NCBI GenBank assembly: GCA_951406725.2
Contig: OX597831.1
Location: 4,774,001 to 4,838,000 of the forward strand
From: Octopus vulgaris
Taxonomy: Eukaryota
Direction: 5' to 3'
DNA length: 64,000 nt
Of this stretch, positions 1-14,170 are shown in pieces; the stretch's first letter is position 1; the number at the start of each line of letters is the position of its first letter. The notes under the pieces are model-generated. The model searched no databases, was not told the DNA's origin, and saw only the letters and a list, made by a program, of their open reading frames with translations. The position numbers and the translations under genes are program-made.

Positions 1-10
1 CGTGTTTCGA

Positions 11-43
<33 letters not shown>

Positions 44-231
44 TTATATTCATATGTATTTATATTCATATTAAATTCAATTTTGATTTTAACATCTTTT
101 CTCCATTTCTATACTGGTTTATGGTATTTTTATACTTATAACGAACTTTTTCAAATGTTATTTTCATATTCTAAATACTTGCTCTGTTTGATTCTTAAGA
201 AAATGGTAAATTCTTTTGAACTTATTTTTCT

Positions 232-273
<42 letters not shown>

Positions 274-406
274 ATAAATCTCTGAACGAGATGTAAACAG
301 TAACTGCTCGACAGTAACACCCACCCTTAGTGGTTAGCCATATTGAGATGGCTAGTATACTTTACGTATATACATACATACATACATACATACATACATA
401 CATACA

Positions 407-438
<32 letters not shown>

Positions 439-524
439 CATACATATACATACATATATATACACGTATATATTTTTTTCTTTTTAAGTTTCAGCTCAGA
501 GCTGCGGCCATATATCTTCATGTA

Positions 525-807
525 TTACCACCACATGGTTCCGGGTTCAATGCAACTGCGTGATACCTTGAGGGAAGTGTTTTCTACTATAGCCTCGGGC
601 CGACCAAAGCCTTGTGAGTGGATTTGGTTGACGGAAACTGAAAGAAGCCCGTCGCATATATTTATGTGTGTGTGTGTTCCCCCCTAACACCGCTTGACAA
701 CCGATACTGAGCCATTTACATCCCCGTAACTTAGCGGTTCGGCAAAAGGGGCCAATAGAATATGTACTAGGGGTCGATTTGCTCGACTGAAGGCTGTATT
801 CCAGCAT
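525..807 (+). mobile_element. tRNA-derived SINE, family A (main SINE with internal microsatellite), 5'-truncated
   Basis: B-box-like GGTTCAATGC, body CCTCGGGCCGACCAAAGCCTTGTGAGTGGATTTGG..GAAAGAAGCCCGTCG and 3' half CCCCGTAACTTAGCGGTTCGGCAAAA, all shared with the 43970-44409 copy. Confidence 0.85.
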
Positions 808-839
808 AGATAGATAAATGTATTTATACACATGGTTAC

Positions 840-1514
840 CCACATCCATCCATCCATACATACATACATGCATACATACATATATAAATTCAAACATACA
901 GACATACATACATATATACATACATACATACATATATATATATACATCCATCCATCCATCCATACATACAGACATACATACATATATACATACATACATA
1001 CATATATATATACATACAAGCATCCATCCATCCATACATACATATATACATCCATCCATCCATCCATACATACATACATACATACATACATACATACATG
1101 CATACATACAAACATCCATCCATCCATACATACATACATACATACATACATACATACATGCATGCATACATACAAACATACATCCATCCATCCATCCATA
1201 CATACATACATACATACATGCATACATACAAACATTCATCCATCCATCCATCCATCCATCCATACATACATACATACATACATACATACATACATACATA
1301 CATACATACATACATACATGCATGCATACATACAAACATACATCCATCCATCCATCCATCCATACATACATACATACATGCATACATACAAACATACATC
1401 CATCCATCCATACATACATACATACATACATACATCCATCCATCCATCCATCCATACATACATACATACATACATACATACATACATGCATACATACATA
1501 CATACATACATACA

Positions 1515-1545
<31 letters not shown>
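840..1545. repeat. compound (CATA)n/(CATC)n microsatellite
   Basis: direct inspection. Confidence 0.95.
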
Positions 1546-1732
1546 GCATCTACGTAAGAACATAAAGATTTAGCACATCCTTCTCATAAACGATTTCACA
1601 GAATACCAGAAAAACAGATTTTACATGAATCAGGATTTCACGGAGCTCCAAATTCGTTAAATTTTCTGTCAAAATTTCTTCCGAAAAACCTCGGAAAAGA
1701 GATGAGCAGGCACAAGATGTGAAAAAATCTCT

Positions 1733-1807
<75 letters not shown>

Positions 1808-2449
1808 GCGTCCTAAGTAACAAGTTAATTGAAGCTTTCGGAAACGTTGGGAATAATTTTCACACACATACGCACACGCACACACACACACACACACACG
1901 CACACACACATACACACACATACACACACACGTATGCACGCGCACGCATACATATGACAACAGATTGATAATGCGTCAGTCTACTCCAGCGAGTTTTTAA
2001 TTGATAAATAGAGAAATCGCATCATTCGAAAACACCATTTTCATCAGGTAAATACCTGAATGACAACATCCAAAAAATTTAGTCAGTTACAGTTAATCGT
2101 ATACTTAACCTGAACGTCTTTCCGCTTGTACTTCGTTACCCGTATCTTTATTCCTCAACTTTTGTTGAGGTGCAAAACAAGGTGGGGAAAAAAATAATAC
2201 TCGAATATCGGACAAATGCGACGAATCACAACTCTGAGTAACAGCTTTCTGAAAATCTTGCAGCTTAAATAAAAGTTCACACACACACATATATATTATA
2301 TTATATTATATTATATTATATTACATTATATTATATTATATGTTATGTTACATATGTCTGTGTGTGTATATATAAATATATATATACACACAGACACACA
2401 CTTACCTTTATATACATGTGTGTATGTGCATTAATATATATACATTTTG

Positions 2450-2536
<87 letters not shown>

Positions 2537-3233
2537 CATATATATATATATACATACATACATGTATATATATATATATACATATAGTTTCTATATGTAC
2601 TTGTATGGGTTTTTTTTTTGCATACGTATGTATGTGTATATGTATTTCATATAGACACCAGCACCGCTAAGAAACAAACCTACTACATACATATGCATCC
2701 ATACAAAAACGGAAAATATGCACATACACAGACATTAAGCACTCGCTCCACTACCACCACCACAACCACCACCACCTCCACCACCGCACCAACCATGACC
2801 ACCAAAGAAAATTCAATAAACACAAGATGTCTACCAAAACAAGCAACGCTTCCACACCGTTTGCTGTCGCAGACACAGTTCTGTTGGAACATAAGAACAC
2901 TTCCTTATGTTAGATCGTCTTCATTTCTTGCAGACTTCCGTTCTATCGGCTGCCTTTTCTTACACTGGACCTGTAGAGAATGGTAAACCGGAACCAGACG
3001 ATCTCCGACAGGAAAAATATACATCAAAATATATCATACTGAGACAACAATAGTCAGGTTGTCTTTTGAACAGTAGGTCGTCCTTCTGTCTCTGTCTGTC
3101 TGTCTGTCTCTCTTTCTCTCTCTCTCTCTCTATATATATATATGCATATATACATATATATATATATATATAATAATAAATATATATATATACATATGTA
3201 TATGTATATATATGTGTATATATATATGCAGAC

Positions 3234-3271
<38 letters not shown>

Positions 3272-3299
3272 GCATGTGTGTATGTATGTATGTATATAA

Positions 3300-3334
<35 letters not shown>

Positions 3335-3631
3335 GTATTTCGCACCCACACCCACACACACACATATATATATATATATAGTATTTCGAATATTCACACA
3401 AACAATCATAAGCATGAATGCATGTATATGCATTATTCAATATCTTTCTATGTGTAAATGTGTGCGATTATATATATTTGTGTGTGTGTGTGTCTGTGTC
3501 TATATATGCAGAAACACACTAACATATAAATATTGTTTCGAATTTGTATGAATGTATTTAGAATAATATATCATTTGAATAAAGTCAAATGACGGTCTGG
3601 TTTTAACGTTTATCTTTATGGTATTTTAACA

Positions 3632-3738
3632 TTGTTGTTGTTTGTTCCTTCTCGGGCCATGCCTGTATGATAAGGGCCGCTTTCCCGGTTTCATTGGCGT
3701 ATAGGTTCCCCACCTAGACGGGACGCCGGTTCCCCGCA
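3632..3738 (-). mobile_element. SINE 3' tail fragment (same tail as 27615-27908)
   Basis: GCCATGCCTG..ATAAGGGCCG.TTTCCCGGTTT..TTGGCG.ATAGGTTCCCCACCT.GACGGGA.GCCGGT is shared with 27633-27707. Confidence 0.75.
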
Positions 3739-4085
3739 CTTTTAACATTAAAACAAAATATATTTTGTAATGCTCATAAAATTAAATTAGCACTTTCATA
3801 CATAGAGTAATCATCAGATTTCAAATAGTTGAGTTCTGGAAAGCTTTAGTACCTCTTGGAATGCTCCAACAAGCTGACTTTTTAGAATACGGTTTTGAAC
3901 AATCCGCATGCAGCTTAAACATCACGGTTTTGCCAGGTGCGCAGATATTCTGTAATTTATTTATGGTCATATGGTATAGCTATCTTTTTAATCCACGTCA
4001 TTTTCTGGTTGTTATATTATTGTTGTTATTTCCGTCCACAACAGGTTTGGACATTTTAATAAACCGTTTTTCTCTTATCTTTCTT

Positions 4086-4138
<53 letters not shown>

Positions 4139-4139
4139 A

Positions 4140-4194
<55 letters not shown>

Positions 4195-4233
4195 AAATGC
4201 ATGCACACACACATACATATATATACAGACAGT

Positions 4234-4506
4234 GGAGGCGCAATGGACCAGTGGGTAGGGCAGTGGTCTCGCTTCGATTCCCAGAGCGGGCGTTGTGAGT
4301 GTTTATTGAGCGAAAACGCCTAAAGCTCCACGAGACTCCGACAGGGAGTGGTGGCGATCTCTGCTGTACTCATTCGCCACAACTTTCTCTCACTCCTTCT
4401 TCTGTTGGCCTGCTCGCTTAGCCAGCGGGGTGGCGTCATTTGAAGGCTAAAACAATGCGAAGCGCATTGTGACCAGCGATGTATAGCAACATCTGATCAC
4501 GGTGAT
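4234..4506 (+). mobile_element. tRNA-derived SINE, family B
   Basis: A-box-like TGGACCAGTGG and B-box-like TTCGATTCC; body and tail match the reverse complement of 59182-59493. Confidence 0.85.
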
Positions 4507-4532
4507 ATACATACATATACATATATATAGGG

Positions 4533-4724
<192 letters not shown>

Positions 4725-4806
4725 GCAAATATATACACATACAGTATATTTTAATATGTATATGCATATATTTTTGCATTTATATATGTATATATATATA
4801 TATATA

Positions 4807-5170
4807 GTTGAAATTTACAGAAAACCAAAAGTCAAAGACAGGTGTATAAACAACAAACAGGTCTATTAGTTTGACGCTCGGGAAGGTGAGAAAATCTTCT
4901 GTGTTTCGAGCCTACGCTCTTCAACAAGAAGGAACGCGAGGATTGGGCAGTCAAGGAACACTTGTAGATTTAGCGGTCAATCATGCCGCTAATCGATATA
5001 TTCTTCACACAAATTCTGGTATAAATTATCATCATCTTCATTTTGTCTTTACACCCGTTTCATGGTGGTGTGTGCAGTGTCATCGTTTGGAGGTTGTACA
5101 AACTGTGTTAGAATGTTGTATTAGTTTCTCGGAGTTAGCGGACGTCTTTTCTTTCTTATAATCCGATACT
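4807..5170 (-). mobile_element. Penelope-like terminal-repeat fragment with a degenerate hammerhead motif (4895-4932)
   Basis: minus strand reads ttcTTGTTGA-A-GAGC-GTAG-GCTC-GAAACAC-agaag; downstream sequence matches the 10081, 32785 and 40232 copies; 3' end abuts (TA)n. Confidence 0.65.
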
Positions 5171-6144
5171 TATTTCGTTAATCCCTCTGGCTTAATCTCT
5201 GCCTGTCTGTCTCTCATCCCACCTCTCTCTCTCTCTTTCTCTCTCACTCTCCCTCTTTCTCTCTCACTCTCTCTCTCACACACACCATCACAGACCCCCC
5301 CCCCCAACACATACAAACACACACACACAAGAAACATTAAACCACAGACCAATCTGCAGAGACGCAACAAAACAGATGCATTTACCCAAGTTGTATATCA
5401 AGCTGATAAAGAAATGTGAAGTTGTGGCTTTCATACCTTTCTTACTTCTATACGATACGGAGAACATTTATAAAAATTAGAAAGAAAAAAAACGAGTGAA
5501 CAACCGAAGCAAGTGCAAGTTGGAATCGAAACTGGATTGCATGCTTGAGACGCTAGTTGTGTAGCTTCGGGACCCGCTTACTGTGAGTAAGGGCCACGTT
5601 AATACTGTTTACATCTGTAACTACAATATATCACACCATGACACGGTACGGACTAACATAAACAACAAATGTCAGTTATAATTGTTTCATTTTTACCTAT
5701 AAACACAGACACATGCACAGGAGGGGACACACACACACACACACATACACATATACATACATACGCACACATGCAAACACATGCACTCACACACACACAC
5801 ACACTCGAGCATGCATACAACATACGTTCTGGAATATATATGCGTGTATGTGCCCGTGTGTGTGTGTTTATGTACGCGTGTATGCATATATATGTATGTA
5901 TATATATGTATATATATATACATATGGATGTATATATGTATATGTATGTATAATTACACACATATGTATATATATTTATGTATGTATATGTATATATGTA
6001 TGTATATATATACATATATGTAAATATATATATGTGTAAATATATATGTATATATATATATGTATACACATATATATATTTATATATATTTATATATATA
6101 TGTATATATGAGTGTTCCCGTACGCATGTATATATACGTATATA

Positions 6145-6192
<48 letters not shown>

Positions 6193-6710
6193 CACACATG
6201 TATACTGGCACACACATATATGCATACACATATACTTACATCTAGATCTACAGTCTTCAACAAAAAACTCGCGCATTCACCTTGTCTCTTACACACCCAC
6301 ACACACACATTACACCATATAGACACGACTTACGTATACACATACGCAAACATGCTTACACTTAGACGCACACATACATACACAGTCACATACACACAGA
6401 TACAGACGTGTAAAGACAGTAACAGAAATATGGTGAAATCATCAAACTTTAAGAGAGCAATGACGTCATTCTGACTCTTTCAACCGTAACTACTGTATTG
6501 TTAAGGAACCTGCTGTGTATACCTATCACATACATACATACATACATACATATATACGCACATACATACATACATACATACATATATACATACATATGAA
6601 TATACATACATATGTATATACATAAACATATACATACATTCTTATATATATATATACATAGGCATACATATATACATACACATACATATATACATACACA
6701 TACATATATG

Positions 6711-6742
<32 letters not shown>

Positions 6743-7127
6743 CAGTAATCTTTTGACTATACATACACACACACACATACACACACACACACACACACTC
6801 TCTCTCTCTCTCACACACACTCACACACACACACACACATATATATATGCAGTGATCCCTCGACTATCCAAAACCCCACGTAATAGGTGAAAATCCGCCA
6901 AGTAGATTCCGTACTGTACTCTTTTACTTGATTCAGTCATTTGACTGCGGCCATGCTGGAGCACCGCCTTTTAGTCGAGCAAATCGACCCCGGAACTTAT
7001 TCTTTGTAAGCCCAGTACTTATTCTATCGGTCCCTTTTGCCGAACCGCTAAGTGACGGGGACGTAAACACACCAGCATCGGTTGTCAAGCAATGCTAGGG
7101 GGACAGACACAGACACACAAACATATT

Positions 7128-7171
<44 letters not shown>

Positions 7172-7314
7172 TACGACGGGCTTCTTTCAGTTTCCGTCTA
7201 CCAAATCCACTCACAAGGCTTTGGTCAGCCCGAGGCTATAGCAGAAGACACTTGCCCAAGATGTCACGCAGTGGGACTGAACCCGGAACCATGTGGTTGG
7301 TAAGCAAGCTACTT

Positions 7315-9271
7315 TATTTCATTTAATTTGCCACAAGGGTAGTATACAGAGTAGCTGCGGGCTGGACAAAAACATTAATGAATGATGGTGATGGATGAAG
7401 ATGGTGATGGGAGAAGACGAAAGCGCCCGCCGACTTTCGCTTCTCTAAAACATAGTTCAAAATTTTACAACAAATTCAATAATTTACAAATTTTAAAGGA
7501 GGCAATAAACCTCTTTTTCAATATGATATGAAATGTTCAATGGGCCTATGTAACCCGGCCGACCATCGCTCTTGCCTTACCGAGGCAATACTCGCTGGTC
7601 AGGTCGAGGTCCACAGGTATAATTTGGAATGAGTCCATCGGGAAGGAACCCACGATCCTGCCTAGACCACCCCTCCCTACGACCTCCGCAGTCAGCTGCG
7701 AAGGCCACTCGGGGTCCTCCGTGCAGGACCGGAGTCCCTCCCAATGTCCTCTCTTTCTCATTTTACGTACGGTGTTCTCCACCGTTCCTCCTTTAAAAAA
7801 GAGGAGCACAAATTCTTCCACGAATTGTCCCTCAGGCGGCACACCCGCCTGAGAAGACCCGGGAGACACCGTCTGCGTATCACAATCCGCCGGCGGCGTT
7901 CCGTTTCTCCTTATTTTCTTTTTTTTGCCTTGGGCCACGGGAGGTTGAGATTCCGGAGCTGCACGCACCGGGTTCTCTTCTCCCGCAGCTTCCAGGTCCT
8001 TTGGTGGGTCGCCACTACTCCCCACCTTTCTTTTTCTTTTGGAGGAAGTCTTTTCTTCCTCATTCTGTTTCTCTCCCTCCATTGGGGAGGCAGGGAGAGG
8101 CTCCGATATCAACTGCTCCAGGATCCTACTCTGGTCCCTGGGGCAGTTCTTCTTAATGTGGCCGGTTTCCAGACATTGGTGACACTTGGGGGGGGGGGGC
8201 GTCCCTCAAGCATCGCCGGATACTTGGACCCGGCCATCCTCAAAAAGTCCGGTAAAACCAGACTTTTGGCTGACTGGGTCCATAGGGTCAAAGTAGCCTT
8301 TAACTCCTCCCAATCAGCCGCAGGCTGTATCCTTACGTTTAGGATCTTGGCGCTACTACCACCCAGACCCCGGCGGATAGAGTCCTCTATCCACTCGGGT
8401 TCAATGCCGGGTGGCATGCCGCAGATCCACGCTCTTATTAATTTTTCTCCCTTGTAGCTAGGGAGAAACAAAATCTCTTTGCCCTCAATGAGCTTGCTTG
8501 CGAAGTCGCAAGCTGCTTTAGGGGAGTCAAACAGCAACCAAACCGTTGCGTATTTGGCTCCCCGTGCAATGTATTTAACGGCTGGCATATAGTCTGCCAG
8601 CTCGCTAATGATGGTTGCCTTCGGAAAAACAGCAATGGTGTTGAGCGACTTTGAATAAGTCCTCAGCACAATGAGTTTCTTTGCCATTTTGCAACGGAAC
8701 GCAATAAAGTTTAACAGGAGCAAAAACAAATGTGATAGAAAGAGTGAGAAGAGAAAACACAACAGAAGCGAAGAATTTCAAAAAATGACAGTTCAGAGAC
8801 TTTTCAAATAAAAGATAGCTGGAAGGAAGAGAGTTCAAATTTGGCAAAGAAATAAATTTTTTTTGGCCGAAAAGGTACTCCTGGCCAAGCGTCGACAGCA
8901 ATCCTTGGTTATTCTTGGTAATTCCAAAAAACGGTCCTCGAATATCCCTGGTGCCTCCTGGTAATCCAATTTGAATCAATATTTTGAGGAGGGGCTACGC
9001 CTCCTTAAAAAACACAATTCTCACTGCAAAGTGAGTCCTTAGACCCGGCAACAGGCAGGAAAAAATACCTGGAGCAAAGTGAAGTCTATTATCTGCTAAA
9101 AATATTAATGCTAAATAACATTAAATGTTAAAAGCATTAAAAGCAAGCAATAAACCTCACTAAGCTCCTAAAAATATAAAACGCCTACCTATCGTCGAGT
9201 CAAAAAGTTCAATATTTCACGTGGCAACACGTGACATTTGGAGCAGCAAAAAATACGCCCGAACAAGTCGA
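7315..9271 (-). mobile_element. ORF1-only non-LTR retroelement (L1/Tx1-like, HAL1-type architecture)
   Basis: flanked by a ~17-bp TSD, TGGTAAGCAAGC(T/A)ACTT (7298-7314 and 9272-9288); minus-strand 3' end is A-rich (..AAATGAAATAAA); one ORF and no RT. Confidence 0.75.
7546..8687 (-). CDS. L1/Tx1-type ORF1 (gag-like nucleic-acid-binding protein, CCHC zinc knuckle), ~380 aa if the frameshift in the G12 run is corrected
   Basis: MAKKLIVLRTY..IRAWICGMPPGIEPEWI..EGRPPP, then after the G-run at 8188-8199 the other frame reads KCHQCLETGHIKKNCP (CX2CX4HX4C), continuous with track ORF 7546..8112. Confidence 0.75.
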
Positions 9272-9456
9272 TGGTAAGCAAGCAACTTACCACACAGCCA
9301 CTCCTGCGCCTATGTACTGTCTATATTTTCAAATTATTTTTATAATTTGTATATATTTATTTTACTATAAATGCCAAACAACACCACGGAGGAACAGTCG
9401 TAAGCTTAAGTAATAAACCGCGATACGTGAGTCACGGTATAGCGAAGGATTGCCGT

Positions 9457-9496
<40 letters not shown>

Positions 9497-9700
9497 TACA
9501 CTTGTTGTTGATTGTAGGTGAAATAGAGTGCTCAGTACCTTAATACCGCAGCGGAAATAAATAGAATATCTTATTTTGGCCCCTCAGTATGTCGCTACTC
9601 TGAGTTTTCGCCCGGGCTTCACGCAGTTTCCGAGTTGCCTGAAGACCTTATGTACCCACAGTCAAATTTAAATGTATCAAAAGACTGACTGAGCTGAAAT
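9497..9700 (-). mobile_element. Penelope-like terminal-repeat fragment, degenerate hammerhead at 9593-9628
   Basis: minus strand CTGCGTGA-A-GCC-CG-GGC-GAAA-ACTC-A-GAGT-A has the same stem III as the 35567 family; abuts (TA)n. Confidence 0.45.
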
Positions 9701-10028
9701 AGAATATGTGCATGCATACATTCGTACACGCAAACACACACACACACACACACACATCATCGACAACACATTCTCAATATATGTGTTTTGCTTGTTTCCG
9801 GGTTCGTGGCAACGAAGCGCTTTGGAGATCCGCTTCGTCCCCGCTCCGATTCAAGTACGTGATGTTGATAAGCCACAAAAATGACGATATATCGGTATCC
9901 ATCACTCCTGAATGAGATGAGAGGTGTGTTTTCTCGCCTGTCTATGACTTTCAGTTATTTTAACATCCAGTACTATGAGGGAGTCGTCTCCAAATCGCTG
10001 TACAACACGTATGTATATACATACATAT

Positions 10029-10079
<51 letters not shown>

Positions 10080-10080
10080 C

Positions 10081-10256
10081 CACTACACACATTTTTTTCT
10101 CCCCTTGTTTCTCTCCTTGATTTTTCTGTGTCCCTTTCTGTAGAAGAGCGTAGGTTCGAAACGTAAAATACTTTTTCTATTCCTGAGCGTTATACTAATA
10201 CATATTTGTTTTGTACACCACCTATCTTCGTCTTTTGTTTTTTTCGTTAACTCTCA
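10081..10256 (+). mobile_element. Penelope-like short element with hammerhead variant at 10134-10170
   Basis: ttt-CTGTAGA-A-GAGC-GTAG-GTTC-GAA-ACGT-A-aaa; embedded in (TA)n; homologous to 32785 and 40232. Confidence 0.75.
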
Positions 10257-10285
10257 TATATATATATATATACTAACACACACAC

Positions 10286-10355
<70 letters not shown>

Positions 10356-10840
10356 CAGGTCATCCCATAAGTTCTGTCCGATTTTACCTTTTTTACAATT
10401 GAATGAAATTTAATAGTATTTTGGAATGTCTAATGGAATTTAAAATTATTTTTTATGCATTTGTGTACATTTAAACTAATTAAATATTATTTTACAGAAT
10501 AATAGAATTAAAATTTCTTTGATTAAAACCCTTTCAAACATGGAAGTATCTAAAGAGCATTTGAGGCACCTAATGTTTTATGAGTAGAAAAAAGGAAACT
10601 CTGCAGCCGAAACAACTCGAAACATTCACTCAGTTTATGGGAAAGAATGCTCGAATGAAAGAACTTGCAGAATGTGGTTTGCAGAATTCAGAAGTGGAGA
10701 TTTCAGCCTTGAAGATGAAGGTCGAACAGGACGTCCAGTTGAGTTTGATGATAAGCTCCTTGAGGCATTACTTGAAGAAAATCCTGCATTATCAGTTGAA
10801 GAATTGGCAATAAAGCTTAGTTCCAACCAGACAACTATCT
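10356..10840 (+). mobile_element. mariner transposon 5' part: TIR plus pseudogenised N-terminal HTH of the transposase (ATG 10540)
   Basis: TIR-like CAGGTCATCCCATAAGTTCTGTCCG after TA; MEVSKEHLRHLMFYE*KKGNSAAETTRNI..WFAEFRSGDFSLEDEGRTGRP is typical of the Mos1/SETMAR HTH. Confidence 0.9.
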
Positions 10841-11236
10841 TCGAAAAGATCGTAAGAGGAATCAAACATTGAAATACATTCCCACGTGGAAAAATTATTC
10901 TACATACACCAAGGCGTCGAAAGAACTCGCTATCATTTATCGTAGATCTCGGAACTATCGAGAAAAATTCCAGTGGACATTCGAACTGAACCAAAACCTA
11001 TAACATAAAATCAAATAAAAGAAACTCCTCCAAATTCTTGATCGATTATCCACATTAGTGGAATCAAGACCGGCTAGTGTGTATAGGCATCGAACTGCAT
11101 TAGTTGTTATAGTGAAGTCCAAACAGTGATGTTTTGAAATCATTTAACACGTACGTTTCAGGTTTGCACAATATATAATAGGAAATGCAACCATTACGTA
11201 AAACCTTCCTCAGTTAAGATATTCCAATATCACACA

Positions 11237-11342
<106 letters not shown>

Positions 11343-11397
11343 CATATATACATATATATATATATATGTATATATATACATGTATATATATATATAC

Positions 11398-11482
<85 letters not shown>

Positions 11483-11685
11483 CATATATATATATACATA
11501 TATATATATACATATATATATGTATATATATATATATATATATGTGTGTATGTATGTATATATGTATATACACGCATATATATATGATGGACTCTCACGT
11601 CGAAGTCTACGTATGAGCATTCAACATTGTTTTTTTTTTGTCGAACGGACGGCGTATATGATTTGTTTATAGGCATCAAATGTAG

Positions 11686-11855
11686 GTGCCATGCGTTAGA
11701 TCACTCTCTCCATCAAATCGATGTTGCCTGAACAGGGGCACAGTGCGCCAGGTGTCACGTGTCGAAGTGATCGCAGAGCAGCGTGAGATGAAGCGTTTCG
11801 TTCAAGCACACATCGCACCACCCGTTCTAGGGATTGAAACTGCGATCTTGCGATC
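11686..11855 (-). mobile_element. tRNA-derived SINE fragment
   Basis: minus strand GATCGCAAGATCGCAGTTTCAATCCC..TGTGTGCTTGAAC resembles the heads of the other SINEs here. Confidence 0.55.
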
Positions 11856-12011
11856 TGGCGTTCCTATGATAATACTGAAAGGGTGAGGATATAGTTGTAC
11901 ACCATTCCTTGACACCAAATGGCTCAAGGTATAACAGCACATATGTGGATGAAATTATTGTATGGCCAAAATTATGAAGTTGTGACATTAATGAAATTAA
12001 TGCAAGGGGGT

Positions 12012-12222
12012 GGGGGGAGCTGGCAGAATCGTTAGGACATCGGACAAAATGCTAAGCAGTATTTTTTCTGGCTTAACGTTCTGAGTCCAAATCCCCGGCG
12101 AGGTCGACTTTGCCTTTCTTCCTTTCGGTAATGATAAAATGAATATCAGTTGAGCACAGGAGACAATGTAATCGACCAGCACCTCCCTAAAACTTCCAGG
12201 CGTTGTGTCTATAACAAAAATA
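12012..12222 (+). mobile_element. SINE with Meta-domain-like core (family D)
   Basis: GAGCTGGCAGAATCGTTAG..GTTCTGAGTCCAAATCC..GAGGTCGACTTTGCCTTTC.TCCTTTCGG..GATAAAATGA; matches the reverse complement of 48395-48521. Confidence 0.75.
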
Positions 12223-12745
12223 ATGAGATCAAGGTTAATTAATGTTATTACAAATAATTACTCACACACGCACATGTATACATAGAGATTGTATTGGAGG
12301 TATGGAGGGCCACTGGAGGGCCTGTTCCTGAGTTTTTTGGTCGGTAGGTTCAAATCTTCAGACATTTAAATACCAACGCCAGCAGTTGAACAGTAGGTTA
12401 CTCTGACAGAGACAAAGCCACTGCATGTGTTAAAATGTGTTAAAACCAAATGTGGGAATTGGAAATAATTTAACATTCTGAAGTGCTGCATTTTACTGCA
12501 ACAACCCACGGATTGTAATACAATCATTCCTTTGTTCCAAATATTCTGTAATTATGTGCAACACCCCCGACTCGATTAAAATATACACGTACATACATGT
12601 ATTTATACGTCATACACATATACATACGTATACAGACATATATTTATACCGACAGACATATCTGCATAGATACAAATATACATTCATAAATACACATATA
12701 CATACGTATACATACATATACATACATACGTAAACAGACATACAT

Positions 12746-12960
12746 TGGCTTCGCTAGAATGTCCGTTCGTTTCTTAATTGAAAATAGGACGCAAGTTTTA
12801 AACACAAACCTATTTATTCAATGATTTGTTCCAGTATTTTCTGCCAGGTTCTGGGTCGATTCATTATTTCTGTTCAAAGACTTCCCCGTCTTTACTGGCA
12901 AAAAAACTCTTCCAGCGGAATTTTTACTAAAAGAGCATGCGGTGAAAATAAGGCTCAGTT
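12746..12960 (-). mobile_element. mariner-like 3' end remnant
   Basis: minus translation ..LEEFFASKD.. resembles the mariner C-terminus and is followed by a TIR-like end; a second copy of the terminal ~120 bp lies at 13497-13625. Confidence 0.5.
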
Positions 12961-13379
12961 TGGTTTTCCATTTTCGGATTGATCCGTAACACACAAAATA
13001 CAACTTCCCTCGTCCCAAGTTCGCGTCTAACCATGTTGAAATACCAAATATCTAAAGAGTGCACATGCAAAACCAACAGACAAAAGTTAGTTACTTATTC
13101 GAGTGCTTGAACCCTGTGTCGATAAAAAGCAAAAACCAAACGGACTTTTTTCATCAACCCGATATATAACAACATTCATCTACACTCTCATATATAGACA
13201 TATACACATATAAATACGCATACACATACAAGTATACAGTATACGTATTGACGTGCACACAGGTGGTTTGAAACCTGTATATATATATACACACAATTCA
13301 GATACATCGAGAGAGGCACACACATGCCCATATACATATACATACATATATGTGTGTCTATGCATGTGTGAATGCATGC

Positions 13380-13443
<64 letters not shown>

Positions 13444-13496
13444 TTTATGAAAGAAAATAACTATTATGGAAAACAAAACGAAAATAATAAAGGTTT

Positions 13497-13625
13497 TGGA
13501 CTAGAATGTCCGTTCGTTTCTGTTGGAATTGAAAATAGGACACAAGTTTGAAATAAATTACAAACCTATTTATTCAAAACAGTTCTTATTCCAGTATTTT
13601 CTGCACAAGTTGTGGATCGATTCAC
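13497..13625 (-). mobile_element. second copy of the mariner-like terminal segment
   Basis: CTAGAATGTCCGTTCGTTTCT..AATTGAAAATAGGAC.CAAGTTT..ACAAACCTATTTATTCAA..TTCCAGTATTTTCTGC is shared with 12754-12863. Confidence 0.55.
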
Positions 13626-14091
13626 ACACTGTTCACCACATACACTTCATACTGTATTTCGTTGCCCCATTTTTATAAGAAAACTATATCAACACCCAGT
13701 ATTGATTATTACAAAAGCATTATTTAATTTATTTCAGTTTTTCTTTCTCTTATATACAAGTATGACGAGGTTTTCTTAAACGACTGAAACCGGTACATGT
13801 TCACATTCTGATAAATTCTCTACGCATTTTTGTTCTTATTTACATATATATATATATTATATCACATAGTGATACTAATAGTAGCCAGTTGTTAGAACTG
13901 AAGTATACTTATGCTTTAGACGAAGCATAGGCAACCATTCTCAAGAAGCGGGCCGCATGAAATATGGCTCATCATCTGGCGTGCCGCATTTTGCCCGTGA
14001 GTATTTTAGAGTAAAATCGTCAGGTAAGTAAGGATTGTAATAAAAAATTATGAGTAACAAAATAATAGGAATTACGTAATCTCTTTCATTA

Positions 14092-14170
14092 GCTTGCAGC
14101 TGTTTCTGTTCAGGAAAGCATTGTACTCAGAGCTGAGAGCACGTATAGCAACTTATAGCTTCTTCGGAGC
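14092..14170 (-). ncRNA. degenerate hammerhead-like motif with long stem II
   Basis: gct-CCGAAGA-[~54 nt]-GAA-ACAG-CTGC-A-agc. Confidence 0.5.

Larger units (their letters stand above)
6917..9310 (-). mobile_element. SINE family A, full length but interrupted at 7315-9271
   Basis: tail and body at 6917-7314; head resumes at 9272-9310 (CTTACCACACAGCCACTCCTGCGCC). Confidence 0.9.
6850..9455. mobile_element. Tigger/pogo-like MITE (outer element, split by nested insertions)
   Basis: imperfect TIRs CAGTGATCCCTCGACTAT (6850) and ATAGCGAAGGATTGCCG (ending 9455) in TA-rich flanks; GTACTGT duplicated around the nested SINE (6911, 9314). Confidence 0.55.

Noticed and set aside
7744-8457. 237-aa plus-strand ORF
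   Set aside because: It is the antisense shadow of the GC-rich ORF1.
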